From Azolla caroliniana (Eukaryota; Plantae; Polypodiophyta): a stretch of DNA of 32,774 nt. The first letter of the stretch is position 1, and each line of letters opens with the position of its first letter. The DNA lies in contig JBHGNT010000347.1 in the NCBI GenBank assembly GCA_043228905.1, positions 1 through 32,774 of the forward strand. Reading direction: 5' to 3'. Below the pieces are notes generated by a model. The model made no database searches. It saw nothing but the letters and a program-made list of their open reading frames with translations, and was not told the origin of the DNA. Positions 1 through 12,239 of the stretch are shown one piece after another. A program made the translations under genes and the position numbers.

Positions 1-3000
1 CAGTTGTGCATGGAACAGAGAGTGTTGTAACACGGATCCGTCTTTGACCATCAATAGTTGTGTAAAGCAACGCACACTGAGAGTGAAGTGCCAACAAATG
101 AGATCAAAACCTTGGAAATAAGAAACTATAATCTGTTCATAGCTCTACACTTAACATCTTCTGTGGCTACTTTTAACCTTCATATACCCTTAAATGTAAG
201 AGCTTTGATGCTCCAAAATATGAAGCTTACATATAGAAATTCATTTTCTCCTAAAATACCTGGAAGCAGCACTCAGAGCCATCTTGAAATTTCTCATCAT
301 GCTTGAAAGTAACCATGATAGTTTTGTCACAATCGATCTGAAACAATGCTATGTGAAGACAGGTAACAGAAAATAGAGAAGCAAGTAAACAGCCAATAAA
401 GGTAATCTAAAACATACTGCAGGTAGATCCAAATCAGTCGGGGTTCCTTTATGGAAATTTCCAAAATAGTCTTGGACTTGTAATCCCTGTGTATAAACAA
501 ATAATAGTAATAACAAAGATTTGATAACTTCTTTCAAGGTGACCTGAAAGCCATAACATTGGTATTTCGAACTTAGTACCTGGCTACACCGAACTCTCAT
601 CACTGCCTCTAGACCCTGTGGTCTTGTAAGGTTCCATCTTAAATCATTATATAGCTTTGCGGAATCAGATGTTGCAGAAAATGGATGGTAGTAGTAAATC
701 TACACATACGCCCCAACCAAAGGTTGTCAAAACAAATTGGAAAGTAGAAAGGTACCACTTTAGAAACTTCAAAAATTAAGTACCTGTCCACCAGTCGTTG
801 CAGGAACAACGGCGAGTGACGCAATGTCCACATATTCTTGTGTTGTTAGGAATAAATCACAACATACCTGATTTTTAAAAAGCAAATTTAATGAATGATA
901 ATCTCAATGAGGTTGCTGCCTAGAAAAAAAATAGTCTACCTGAAACTCTGCAAGCTCTATTGCCAATGTCTTCAATGTCTTGTCAACTGGTTGCCAAAGC
1001 TTATTTTGGTCCTGCACCACACAACAATTACAGAATTCATTGTGATAAAAACAAAAAATATATTATCAGCTTCCCTTAATGTTTTGAATCTTTTGTTACC
1101 TTACTGAAAAATGTAGTAAATAGCATTATCACCCAACATGTCTAATCATTTATTGATGATATTCGACTTTTTATAAACATTAATATCACAAATACCCACA
1201 GTAAAGAATTTTCACTCTTTCCATGCTAGCAGAGAGCCTTGATACACATAGAAGGATATATTGTGAACATGGATGTGGCTAATACTGTTTCTATGAACTA
1301 CCTAAATATTCTCCATGCAACATTATTCTCAAAAACAGAAACCAATCTCTCTGCATACCTAACAATTGGCAACAGTTCGGTTTGAACCGAACCGAACCGT
1401 GAAACCGCGACTTAACAGCTTAACGGTTTCAACGGTTCAGTTCAGGTTTAGGTTTTTTAAAACGGTTTCAGTTCGGTTTCAACAGTCAGAAACCGCGGTT
1501 TAAACGGTTTAACGGTTTAACGGGGTTTTTTTTTTTTTTTTTAATTTGTTTTTAAACAATCTTTTCATTTTTAGACCTTACTCTCACATTTTAGGAACAT
1601 CTTTAAAATTTAAAAAAATTTAAATAATGAAATATTATAATTTTAAACTTTTAAAAATTAAATTTTGACCTAAGTTGAAAACCGAAACCGCAGTTTTACA
1701 GTTTGAAAAATATTTAACGGTTTCGTGGTTCGGTTCGGTTCAGGTTTCAAAAAAATTAAACGGTTCGGTTTTGACCCTCTCAAACCAAACCAAACCAAAC
1801 CGTTGCCAATTGTTATGCATACCTTCTCATTTGAAGCAGGGCCTTTTTTGCTATCAGATTCCCTTGCTGTAAGAGCTGCAAACCCAACGGACGGTAACCC
1901 TGAAAGAGAGGATTCACTATTGAAGTAAAGGCAGATGATGCTTTACATTAAATAACTTGATAGGCATATGAAGTACGATGTTGCATAGGGTAGCCAGCAG
2001 ATCATGGTTGTTCAGAATTTCAAGAGCATAGGAATCAGCAAACCTGATTGAAAGACGAGCAATTTCCCCCCATTAGATTTGATTGCGAGAGATGCCCCCT
2101 GTTTCAGAGAATCATCATAAGAACCCAAATTTATCTCACTCATGCTAAATACTATTCAAAAACTCTAAAATACCCCCAAGCTTTTCTTTATTCCTGAAAG
2201 ACCACAAAGTTTTGACATCTACACAGATACCTTGCTCAATTACCCTCTTAAGCAATTTTGAACGATTATAAAGCCGAGCCAATTCAAGCTCTTTTCACTC
2301 ATCAATGAGTGGCATTGGAGAAACAACTAAGGGTTATGAGCATTTGGGAAAGTAAAGGAAACCTTAGGGCATTCAGGTATTTCAGAATTTTTCCTGAACA
2401 ATAATTATGATGGCATACAGAGTGTTGTAGAATTTTTGCCAGAATTTCAAATATATGCATGCCACTGAGATTTGAAGATACTTACTTTGATAGCAGCACC
2501 TAAAGCTGCGTCTGCAATTGTTGTGCCTTGAAACATGTTTGGAATATTTTCAAGTAACAAGTCCAATTGGTCACGATACTGTTATGAAAGTGCGCAAGTG
2601 TATTTGAATGACAAAAAATAACCAACAGCAAAATTTTAAGCACAAACATGCCTTGTTTATTAGACTTGAACAATACAAACCTCAATTACTGGTACTATCA
2701 ATCCTGACTGAAGTGGAGTGTAAACATCTTGCACATCAGGCACCACTAACATTGATGGCTGTCAATGAAACAAGCATAAATAAGTCTTGAGTTCAAGTAC
2801 TCAGAAAGAAAGACATCAACAAGCCAAGGATAAAAAAACAGGCCAACAACAGATCCTTTAAACAAGTCTGACACATATTGTATCATTCCAAACAATGTGG
2901 TACATGATTTCCTCCATGCTCGGAAACATAGGGGGTGCAGTGTCTGTAGTGGAAGTTCAAGATCTATGCATGGTTTTAACAAAATACAACGTGATTCATT

Positions 3001-6000
3001 GGTACTAAAAAATGTTGTGAGCACTCTGTGTGCGCAAACATCGGAAAAGAGATTATCGAATCACCTGCTGAGCTTGACTAAAGTTGTAAAAATGCAATGT
3101 GTTGTCAAATGTCGCAATGCCAACCTTCACATTTGGAACCTTCTGGAGAAACAAATAAGTGGGAATTTTAGTTGCAATAATAACCTGAGGAGAACTTTAA
3201 TCGACATAAGAAAGCAAAAACAAAAGTCTTAACTGGAAGGTCTGCAAGTGCTCTCTGCACTGCACTACATGCAGCTCCAGCAGCCCCAGTTGCTACTGCA
3301 TTCATTGATACATCTATGAGGAAAAAGAATACTGGAAACATTGGTGGCCGAACCTGTAAAACAATACAAATGTCAAAGGTAGTCCTGGTATATATACAAG
3401 TACTTGTATTTTGGCTACATCCACATGGTTTAACCAGTGAAAGATAACTCCGTTCAAACATTATGGGAATTTAACTTTATTAAGGGGCAGATGCAATTTC
3501 CCACTATTCAAATTCATCAAATGCCTATATTACCCAAAAAGCTTCATTTCACTAAGACTCAAGAGCAAAAGCAGTCTAAAATGTTACTATTCAAGTTTCC
3601 AGCTCTGGGAATAGAAATTAGAGATATAATAGAGTAATAACATTTCCAAAGATATCAGGTATCTGAGCTACTAGAACTGTATTATAGGAAAAGCAACTTA
3701 CAGAATATACTTTGGAAATCAACAAGTTAATACGCCCTCACCAAAAATTCTTTTGTTGCCACAAACTCCACTGTTCCTCTACAGAGCTCTGGTCTGCTGT
3801 CTGCATCACGCCGCCTATTATCAGGTCCCAAATTGCAGTGATATTCACGTGGTGTATCATTTGTCTGACCTGAAAGTGTGAAGGAATGATAATTTAGAAA
3901 ACCGGAATATTCACCAAAGATTATTTCTTTCCAACTTTTTTGTTTTGTTGGAAAGGAGACATTTTGTTAAGTTTTCTATATTTATTGTTTTGCACAAACG
4001 TGTGCATACAAACCCCTTATATTTCAGACAAATTAGAACATGAGAGACAGTTCAAATTTGAAATCAACTGGTTTGATTATCAGCATTATGAGACAGCCAC
4101 ACAAGAAATTGCACTCAGGTGGCAACAGTGCACATGCAGTTATCGCAACCAGGAGAGAACAATATCTGAATAATTTGCCTACCTATAACCATCAAACATC
4201 TCTGACACAAAATTCAAGGAATTACCACAAAAGTTGCACTTGAAATGATGCCCTTGGTCAATAAACCTCATGAAAGGATTAATGTAGGCTTTGCATTTTG
4301 TACACCGGACAGGTCCACTGTCACCGAAATCAACAATCTGCAAGTCAAAAGTTAGAAAAATAATATTGAAAAGAGTCTTGATACATGATATCTGTTTAAA
4401 TGAAGTAGTTGCAAATTTATAATGAGGGCTTTGGGATTACCTGAACAGGCTCCTCTAAGGGGTGGGGTAAGGCTAGGGGCTGTACCATGAGAGCCAATGG
4501 CATATTGGAGTTTGCCAATAAATCTCCTGAACAAGGAACCTAGTGCACAACAAATGGTTTAATGCATGAAAATTATAGGGAATCAAAGCATAGAAAATGT
4601 ATTCAAATTATACCTGATTAAGTGTGCATCTCATATACCGCGGACTACAATTTCCCGTATCTCTCACAATAAAATTACTGGTTGCAGACTTCACAAAGTA
4701 AAGGATATCATTCTCAATAAACAAACAAGATTATTCTCCTTCAAATTCAAAGGTTGGAAAAGGAATACAGCATACCGGAGGTAAAGCAGCGTGACCATCT
4801 ACTCTAGTTTCAAAATTGATAACAATTGAGCTTGTTTGAGGTCGAGGGATTTGAGTAGGATCAATACGGGATGAGTTTTCACCTGAATTTGCAGGTGAGC
4901 CCGGCTGAGAAATGCCTGGGGCAAGATATTGACCCATACTTGGAGGTTGCAATGGTGCTTGTGTCTGTGTTGCCATACCAGGTACAGTTTGGGATCTTGG
5001 TGCCTGCATTATGGCCTATGTTCAGATATGAGATAGCAATGCTTACAAACATCTAATAACTTAGAAAAATTAGGTGCATGCTGCATTAAAGCTTCCCAAC
5101 ACCTGCTCATTAGAAGTGTACATGTAGTGAAGAGTGAATTTCAATATAAACAAAAGAAATGACCTCTTAATTGCTGTAAATCCTTAACATCCTTCCAATC
5201 TAAATGCTTCTCGAATGGACAATATTATTTTCGACAAATATTTTTAGTTTGATGGCCATTATTTTGCATTACAAAAAATGAAAAGCAAATGCTATAAGCT
5301 CTGCCTTCAGCCCACCAAAAACTTATAATGAGCAGAAGCTTCAGAAAATTGGCTGCAGTGTCTTCCATTGCTTCTCTTTATATGTTTTGGGAAAAGATAA
5401 GCAATAGAGATTTCCATCATTTTCATTGCTCTTAATTGACACAATCAGTGTTGATTGCAGATAAATTCAATATTCACATTTCAACAACAACAAAATAGTT
5501 GGTTAATGTGACAGTGGTAGCTATCATCCACCAGCTCAGCAACTTCGTATAATGGTCTCCAATGTTACAATTTCCATCATGTGTCTAAAACTCTAAATAA
5601 TCCAGAATCAAGCGTTCAACAAACAGAAATGATGATTGGTAAAGAGGACTTTGTTGTATACATGAGACAGCTCCTCATGCATATGAGAATTCCCTTAGAT
5701 GCAAAAAGGTGTGAAGGGCCTATAATCTCAAGATTCAGAATAAGAAGCTAGAGTTGGCCAAAGTAAAAGCAGCTAGCTAGGGCATCATCGAAGAGCTCCA
5801 TAAGCTAATTGATCGGTAATCACTTAATATATTAATTTCTAATGCTACAATTTCCAGATGTGCGAGTATCCATAACTCCCAATAGTCCACATTGCACACT
5901 TTTGTAGGAGTCTATTTTCCATATCTAATTTACAAGACGTCTTTGAGCTCACTTCAGTACATTAATTAATTATTTAATCCATTTCTCCATTGACAAGCAC

Positions 6001-7581
6001 TGACAATTTTACATTGTACTCGCAAAGGAGGCAGAAGTTCCGGTCTACCTAAACTGACAACATTAAGCACTTGCTAATGGGAATATTCAGGTACCTTACA
6101 CAGTTTTACTAATGCCGTTAATACTTATTTTGGTTTGTTCTTCTCCAAGATGAGATAACATTTCAAGATGTACACTCTTGTTCAGTCTTATAGGCCTCTT
6201 AAAAGACATTAAATCTTTCATTAATTGTGTATTAATCCACCTCTTTTTTTCTTTCATTCATTGTATATTAATCCGCCGATGCATGCATCTATCCATCTAT
6301 CTGGCAAGTCCTTGAGCCACAAGTGATTCATTGAAAAAATCTCTCTCCATACATTAATCAACATATTAATATTTTTATCTAACCAGCACTTGCTTCTCAC
6401 ACAAACAAGGGGTTCATGGAAAAAAATTCTTGAACATTAACCAATCTATTTATTTATATATCTAGCAAGTACTTGTATGCTCACACAAATCAATGCCGGT
6501 TTATGCAGCCATGTACCTAAGAAGAAATGCAACAAAAGTAGCTAAATACATCACTCACCTGAGGTATTGCTCCAGAGAAATTTGGAGGGGCTCCAGCCCA
6601 AGATCGCGATGCTGATGGGGGAGCCCCAATCCCAGTTGGTGGAGCTAAGGCGGAACCACTATAACCACCTGGAGGACCTTGTGGTCTTTGTGGATATGTT
6701 CCAGAGCTGGTCATCACAGGGGGTTGACCGGGAGGTCTAACAGATGATCGAAGGGGTTGTGATGATGTCGCAGATCCAGGATAAATTGCACCATTACCTT
6801 GGGCATTGCTTTGGGAATTCAGTTGAGTACCTGCAGTTGATGACGACAACGGGATTTGGCCAGGATAAATTGGGCCATTCGCTTGAGGATTGATTTGACG
6901 TATTTGGGTACTTGATGCTAGAGGCTGATTTGGGCTGGGATAGATTGGACCAATATTACCTCCTTCAGCACCAACCCTTTGAATTGGCTGGGTAATTGAA
7001 TTCAATGCTAAAGGTGGCCCTCGGGGCAGATTTTCTCCAACAAATGGGGCACTGGAGAGGGGATTCACAATGGGTGGTTGAAGATGGGCAGGTCCATTTG
7101 AAGCTGGTACTCCTCCCTGGGTGGGGAAATTACCTTGTGGAGGAGCAGAATTCAGCATCGGCGATACCAGAGATGGGCGTGCCAATGGCGATGGGGAACC
7201 CGACACCTGTCCAGGTATATATGGAGGTTGTGGAGCTGTTGCACGGGAAATTTGACCAGGTACATGCGGACCCAATGGGCGGGCAGCCAATGGCGAAGGA
7301 CCCAAAATTTGTCCGGTTGGTGGGGGCGGACCACCTGGAAATGGGCGAGCGCCCATTGTTATGCCCCCAGGTACACTCGCAGGCCGTGGACCTCCCAGGT
7401 GTGAATATGACCCCGATGCCATCACTGATGGGCTGTTACCAATATTGAGATTTTGCATACCTGAAGGGAGATTTCCTAAGGTAGATCCCGGCCCCTGGCC
7501 GTATTGTTGGCCATATGGTGGGCGTTGTTGTTGGGGTTGGGGCTGGGGTTGGGGTTGGGGTTGGGTATTCTGGGAAGCCAT
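1..7581 (-). CDS. SEC24: Protein transport protein SEC24 (COPII coat; CEF/SEC24B-C-like), 5' portion, 18 exons, continues past the left edge
   Basis: Exons read on the minus strand, all GT-AG and phase-consistent: 7581-6559 (ATG MASQNTQPQP, Pro/Gly/Gln-rich N-terminus), 5003-4776 (RIDPTQIPRP), 4688-4614 (DTGNCSPRYMRCTLNQ), 4539-4441, 4337-4226 (zinc finger GPVRCTKCKAYINPF..CNFC), 3869-3742 (RPELCRGTVEFVA), 3353-3234 (trunk FFFLIDVSMNAV), 3142-3065 (VGIATFD), 2758-2681, 2578-2486, 2098-2044 (GGKLLVFQS), 1899-1823, 1011-940, 867-784 (TTGGQ), 699-580 (EAVMRVRCSQ), 486-418, 337-260, 76-1 (CALLYTTIDGQRRIRVTT). These are Sec23/24 zinc-finger, trunk and beta-sandwich motifs. Confidence 0.95.
1360..1815. 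mobile_element. Non-autonomous hAT-type MITE in SEC24 intron 12
   Basis: 14-bp perfect TIRs TAACAATTGGCAAC (1360-1373) and GTTGCCAATTGTTA (1802-1815). 8-bp TSD TGCATACC at 1352-1359 and 1816-1823. Clustered subterminal AACCG/CGGTT motifs and an AT-rich core. An 8-bp TSD with such motifs is typical of hAT elements. Confidence 0.9.
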
Positions 7582-7804
7582 GGATAGACACAGCAAAATC
7601 CGGGAGGAGAAGACGAAGAAGAAGAAGAATCTATCTGATCTCAAACTGGATTAAAAACGTTTCCAGAAAGCATCGATCAGATTGGACCCGAATTAGATCT
7701 AAACAAAAAGGATTCTGCTACAGATCGGATGGGGTGGGTGGGAGGGAGGGTGGGTTCGTAACGATACCGTGTAGATCTGTGTCGGAGCAGAGGAAAACAG
7801 GCTT

Positions 7805-7842
7805 TTCTTCTTCTTCTTCTTCTTCTTCTTCTTCTTCTTCTT
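7805..7842. repeat. (TTC)12 microsatellite upstream of the SEC24 ATG, probably 5'UTR
   Basis: Perfect trinucleotide run read directly. Confidence 0.9.
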
Positions 7843-8024
7843 GCAGGGAAGCTGCTACTGATGATGGTGTTGCTGCTGCTTCTTCTTTCTGCCAAACTCG
7901 CATTTAAGTGTGTATGTTATGTTATGCCAATGTACAAGAAAGACTGCGTGGCCTTTCGGATTGTTGATTCATTGCATTTTGTGAGAAGAGTCTGAAATCG
8001 CCCACTTCTTCTTCCCTGGACACC

Positions 8025-8225
8025 ACACCCAGACACAGACATAGACAGACAGGCAACAGACACCCAGACATAGACAGACAGGCACACAGGCAACATAGCA
8101 CAGACAGACAGGCAAGGCAGGCATAGGCACATAGCATAGATAGGCAACATAGCACAAACAAACAGGCAGGCAGGCATATGCATATAGCATAGACGGACAG
8201 AGACGGACACATGCACACGCACACG
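8025..8225. repeat. Degenerate low-complexity array of AGAC/AGGC/ACATAG units
   Basis: Recurring acagac, aggca and catagca words; source of the Cys/Leu/Val-rich spurious minus-strand ORFs. Confidence 0.7.
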
Positions 8226-8691
8226 GGAACTCCGACTCCGACTCGGGCATCGCAAGAATCATTATGCACACAGGAACTCAAGACTCGAGCATCCCGAGCA
8301 TTGTTAAGTTTTAATCGTGTGAACTCACCTCCCTTTCTTCTTTCCTTGGGCATCAGCACCCAAACTTCAACGGATCGCACCATGCTCCGTGATCAACATC
8401 AAGGGCGCAAAGAAAGTGTGCGTTGGAAATACGTCATTGTGGGCAGCTCTGTGGCAAATTCGGTTGGAAGGTGGTCATGATTGACATCTACATTGGCTCC
8501 ATATTTGCAATGAATCGTTGGTGTGGGAAGTATTGATGTGCTTGCAGTTTGTTTGTGCCATCATGAAGGCTGATATTGCAATGGAATGGAGGTCAATATG
8601 GAAAGTGTTTAGTATTGTCGCTTATAGGTGGATGAAGTTGTTGGAGTAAGATTAATTCCTATGTTGGTAGCATTTTTTATCTTATGTGTAT

Positions 8692-8708
8692 GAGAGAGAG
8701 AGAGAGAG

Positions 8709-8752
<44 letters not shown>

Positions 8753-8758
8753 TGTGTG
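8692..8758. repeat. Compound (GA)n(GT)n microsatellite
   Basis: Read directly. Confidence 0.95.
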
Positions 8759-9404
8759 AGTTAACATCCCTAGAAATAGATTGTGATTTACGAGATGGTG
8801 CCAAGCCCATGGAGAGAGAAAGCAAGATATATTAACATCTAGCAAAGGACAAAATCAACCGATGAGGGCAATTCATGATACAAATATGGGTGAATTCATG
8901 TTATACTTACCGAAACAAAAATAAATGCTCTAAGTTTCTTAAGTTTCATGATCAGGATCTAAATGCATGCGCTAAATGATTTTGGAGAAGTTTCACAAGC
9001 ATGAATAGCATAACTAATGGTTGTGGGTTGAGTAGGGTGATTGGACAAAGCTACGAGGAAATTTAGCAAATGCAGATGGGTGTCCTCATATGGATTGAAC
9101 ATGGTGAGCAATTATCTCCATCATTTGACGATGTTATGGCTCATGTGCCTTACGTCCATGTACTTGCCCTCTCCATTGTCATCAACTACATTCTTCTACT
9201 CACGAATGGTAACTCCATGACATGTTAGTCAATGTTTGAAGCTATGGGATAAATTAGTGATGCACTATTTTCATTGCATATTGCATGCTAATACAAGGGT
9301 GGATTCCCTACACTTTCAAAACCCCAAGCATGACGTGGCCAAAGTGTCATGGGTCAGTCTTTTCCATCATTTGTGAAATGACAATGGATTCCACATAGAG
9401 GGCA

Positions 9405-9960
9405 ACATACTTCTCTCTTATATGCTTATAAGTAAGGCCACATGCACACAAAATTTTCCCTACTTTCTATCTCTCTTTCACATATTTTGAAAAATGTTTC
9501 TTCTTTGGTATCAGGGAATGTTCATCTTACTTCCATATCTAGTTGGTGAGAAGAAATTGTATGTTGTCTTATTGCTCTATCAACATGTAGGCATCCATGT
9601 GCCTCAGTCTTATATGAATCTTTAGGGAAAGAGATTGCCTAAGGTTGATTCAAGTCTTTTGTGTGTAGGGATGCGATAGATCTTGTCCCGATACCTTGTT
9701 TCATTCGTCATTTTCGTGAGGTTGTACCATATCAAAAGGGTGGTAAGTTCTCACATTAAGGATATTGTTGTTAAACTACCATCACCTTTAAGTACCATGA
9801 TTCTCCAAGATTTTCTATTGTCACCATTTGCTTCGATGTTTCAAACATCTTGGGTGTAAATCTTTGAGTTGGCATGGTTTGAATTTGGTGAACGAGGTTC
9901 ATTATATCAAATAGTTTTTCTACCATAAATTGGGTGTTGCAAATTCAAAATTATTGGATT
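9405..9960 (-). mobile_element. Highly degenerate LINE ORF C-terminal remnant
   Basis: Minus-strand translation gives ESWYLK...NLPPF*Y and RAIRQHTISSHQLDMEVR*...KICEREIESRENFVC...HIREKY. These align with SSWYGM...NLPPLRY and VAIGQLRISSHQLEIENGR...RLCHIEIEDEYHFTC...EIRAKY of the 12240-13277 ORF. Boundaries approximate. Confidence 0.65.
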
Positions 9961-9978
9961 ACTCAAATGGCTCAACAA

Positions 9979-10007
9979 GAGAGACAGAGACACAGAGAGA
10001 GAGAGAG

Positions 10008-10047
<40 letters not shown>
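9979..10047. repeat. (GA)n microsatellite at the 3' end of LINE copy 1
   Basis: Read directly. Confidence 0.9.
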
Positions 10048-10052
<5 letters not shown>

Positions 10053-12239
10053 GATAGATTATATTATCGTCTTCAGAGGTCAAATATGACCTATGAGACC
10101 AAAAATATTACATTTCACGTGATACGTGTGAAGGTGAGTAGCGACTCTCGATGTTCAAGAACTTTACCAATGAATGCTGCAATCGAGAGTGCACATCGTG
10201 GTTGTGAGAGAAATTCGTGCAAGGATTGGGCTCGATCGGAGAGATGTGGAAAGCATGGTCGAATATGATCAAAGGTAGAGCATTGTATCAAAGTGTGATA
10301 CTCGGACTCTCGAACTTGTTTAGGGCAAAGTGTGCATAGTCGGCCACTCTCATCACTTGTGCCCCAACGGCCCGTCTCAGATCTCAATGCGTGCGAGCTA
10401 AGTCGCATGGAAGCAATGGTTCGAATGGCATATATCGGGATGGGCTCTAACATGTATCGATGTGTACGGCTTCCCCGTTCCGCGAAGAATATGGTTTTGT
10501 ATTTAGGTGCAACATTTGTAGTATAATGTGTGAAGCCACCACATTTGTCCCATGTCATGATACATTGGCGTTGCAAAAAGGCCTCATTTACAGAGGAATC
10601 TAGTGACGCATCATGAAGCAAGTGTCTTGCATCCCATCTACCAAACCATTTTTCTAAATCTTGCATCCAACCGGAACACAAAATTTTGCTTTTATGCGTC
10701 TTTTGGATCTTTTTGCTTGCTTCCCATGCAATTCTAGGAAGTTGATGTGAGGGGCTTTTATGAACCTTAAGCATGTATTCAACAACCCTTTCCATGGCCA
10801 TGATCTCAATGGGAAGCGATCCTGTCTCAAGTAGGAGGAGGGTGTAGGGTATTTGTTTCTTAACTTGTAGAAACTTTGTAAGAAAATGTTTTTGGACATT
10901 TTCAAACTCTTTCCGCGTAGATTTAGGGATGCTACTGCCCCATATTTCCACCCCAATAGAGAAGAACCGGGGTCACCAAAGTGTCAAAAAGATATTTCTT
11001 GAGGTCCCAACACTTAATATCTCCAAGATTGCATGTGTTCTCAAATGCATAATATGCTCACTTACCCGCCTCAAAGCAACGTGTAGCACATTCATTCCAT
11101 CTATGATTTGAAGGAACTTCAAGGCCAAGATATTTGAAGCTTTCCACACATTCAAGTGGCTCATTGTTGTACATAATGCATGGTTTATCTCTTTTTTGAC
11201 TCTTCACAAGCATAATCTTTGTTTTAGAGCTATTGACACTTAATCTAGTATGCATGCAAAAAATTTCCAATGCCTTCATAAGCTTTTGTGCATCTCCTGA
11301 AGTATTTGCAAAAAACACTGCATCATCAACATATAACAAAAGCATAATCACAACATTCCCAATGACAACTTCTTCAACACATTCTTCCTTTACAAACTTG
11401 GTAACAATTTCTTCTAATTCATCAATGCATAGACCAAATAATGTTGGTGAGAGTGGGCATCCTTGCTTAACACCAATAGTGCTATTAAAAAAATCTGAAA
11501 GTCTATCTCTCATACGCACACAACATATAACCTTCTCATATATTCGGGAAATTGCAAGCATATATTCACTTGGTACCTCAAGTTCTTCCATTTGCCTCCA
11601 AAGATTCTCACAAGGTACCATATCAAAAGCTTTCTTGAAGTCTACAAAGCAACAATATAAACCTTTACCTCTAAGGCGACTTTCCTCCATTAATACTCGA
11701 AGAGTGACAAGATGATCAATGGTGCTATGGTGTTTTCGAAAACCATCTTGTCCATAACCTCTCTAACCATTTTTTTCTGCCCATACACGTATCTTTGATT
11801 CCATTATACATCCAAATAGTTTTGCCATTAATGAGCCAACCATGATGGTTCGATAGTTGTTTACATTATTTACATCTCCGCCTTTATGTAAAGGTTTGAT
11901 CCAATTTGTAGTCCAATCATATGGCATACCATGTTGCAATGCATCATTAAACATATCGCATATCCATATATGTGCTTCCTTTCCCGTCCATTTGAGCATT
12001 TCAGCTTTTATACATTGAAGATCGCTTGCCTTTCGAGAGGCCAATTTCTTAAGTCATATGCATATATCTTCAATTGTAAAGAAGGGAGACATATGTGAAA
12101 GAGAACCATAACACATCATCTTTCCGACAAGAGATAACTCATATAAATTCTTACAATGCATAGACAAGTCATGAAGAGTTAAGTCACCATAACTCTCAAC
12201 ACGTTTCCCCTTTAGATTTCCCCAAAATTTAGCACATGC

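Noticed and set aside
3140-3190. Alternative acceptors before SEC24 exon 8 (NAGNAG CAGAAG; CTCAG near 3185)
   Set aside because: The site near 3185 gives a very short intron and an in-frame stop; NAGNAG use cannot be supported without transcripts.
7582-7644. Longer SEC24 N-terminus (MRSDRFFFFF...) in the ORF track
   Set aside because: Starts at a non-ATG codon and crosses a (TTC)n tract; ATG 7581 is the first real start in frame.
7917-8383. Cys-rich minus-strand ORFs (100-153 aa)
   Set aside because: They arise in all three frames from a low-complexity repeat lacking stop codons; no domain signal.
8420-8650. Possible L1-type LINE C-terminal remnant (LWAALWQIRLE...)
   Set aside because: Only one short Trp-rich resemblance, with a stop and no second motif; insufficient without a search.
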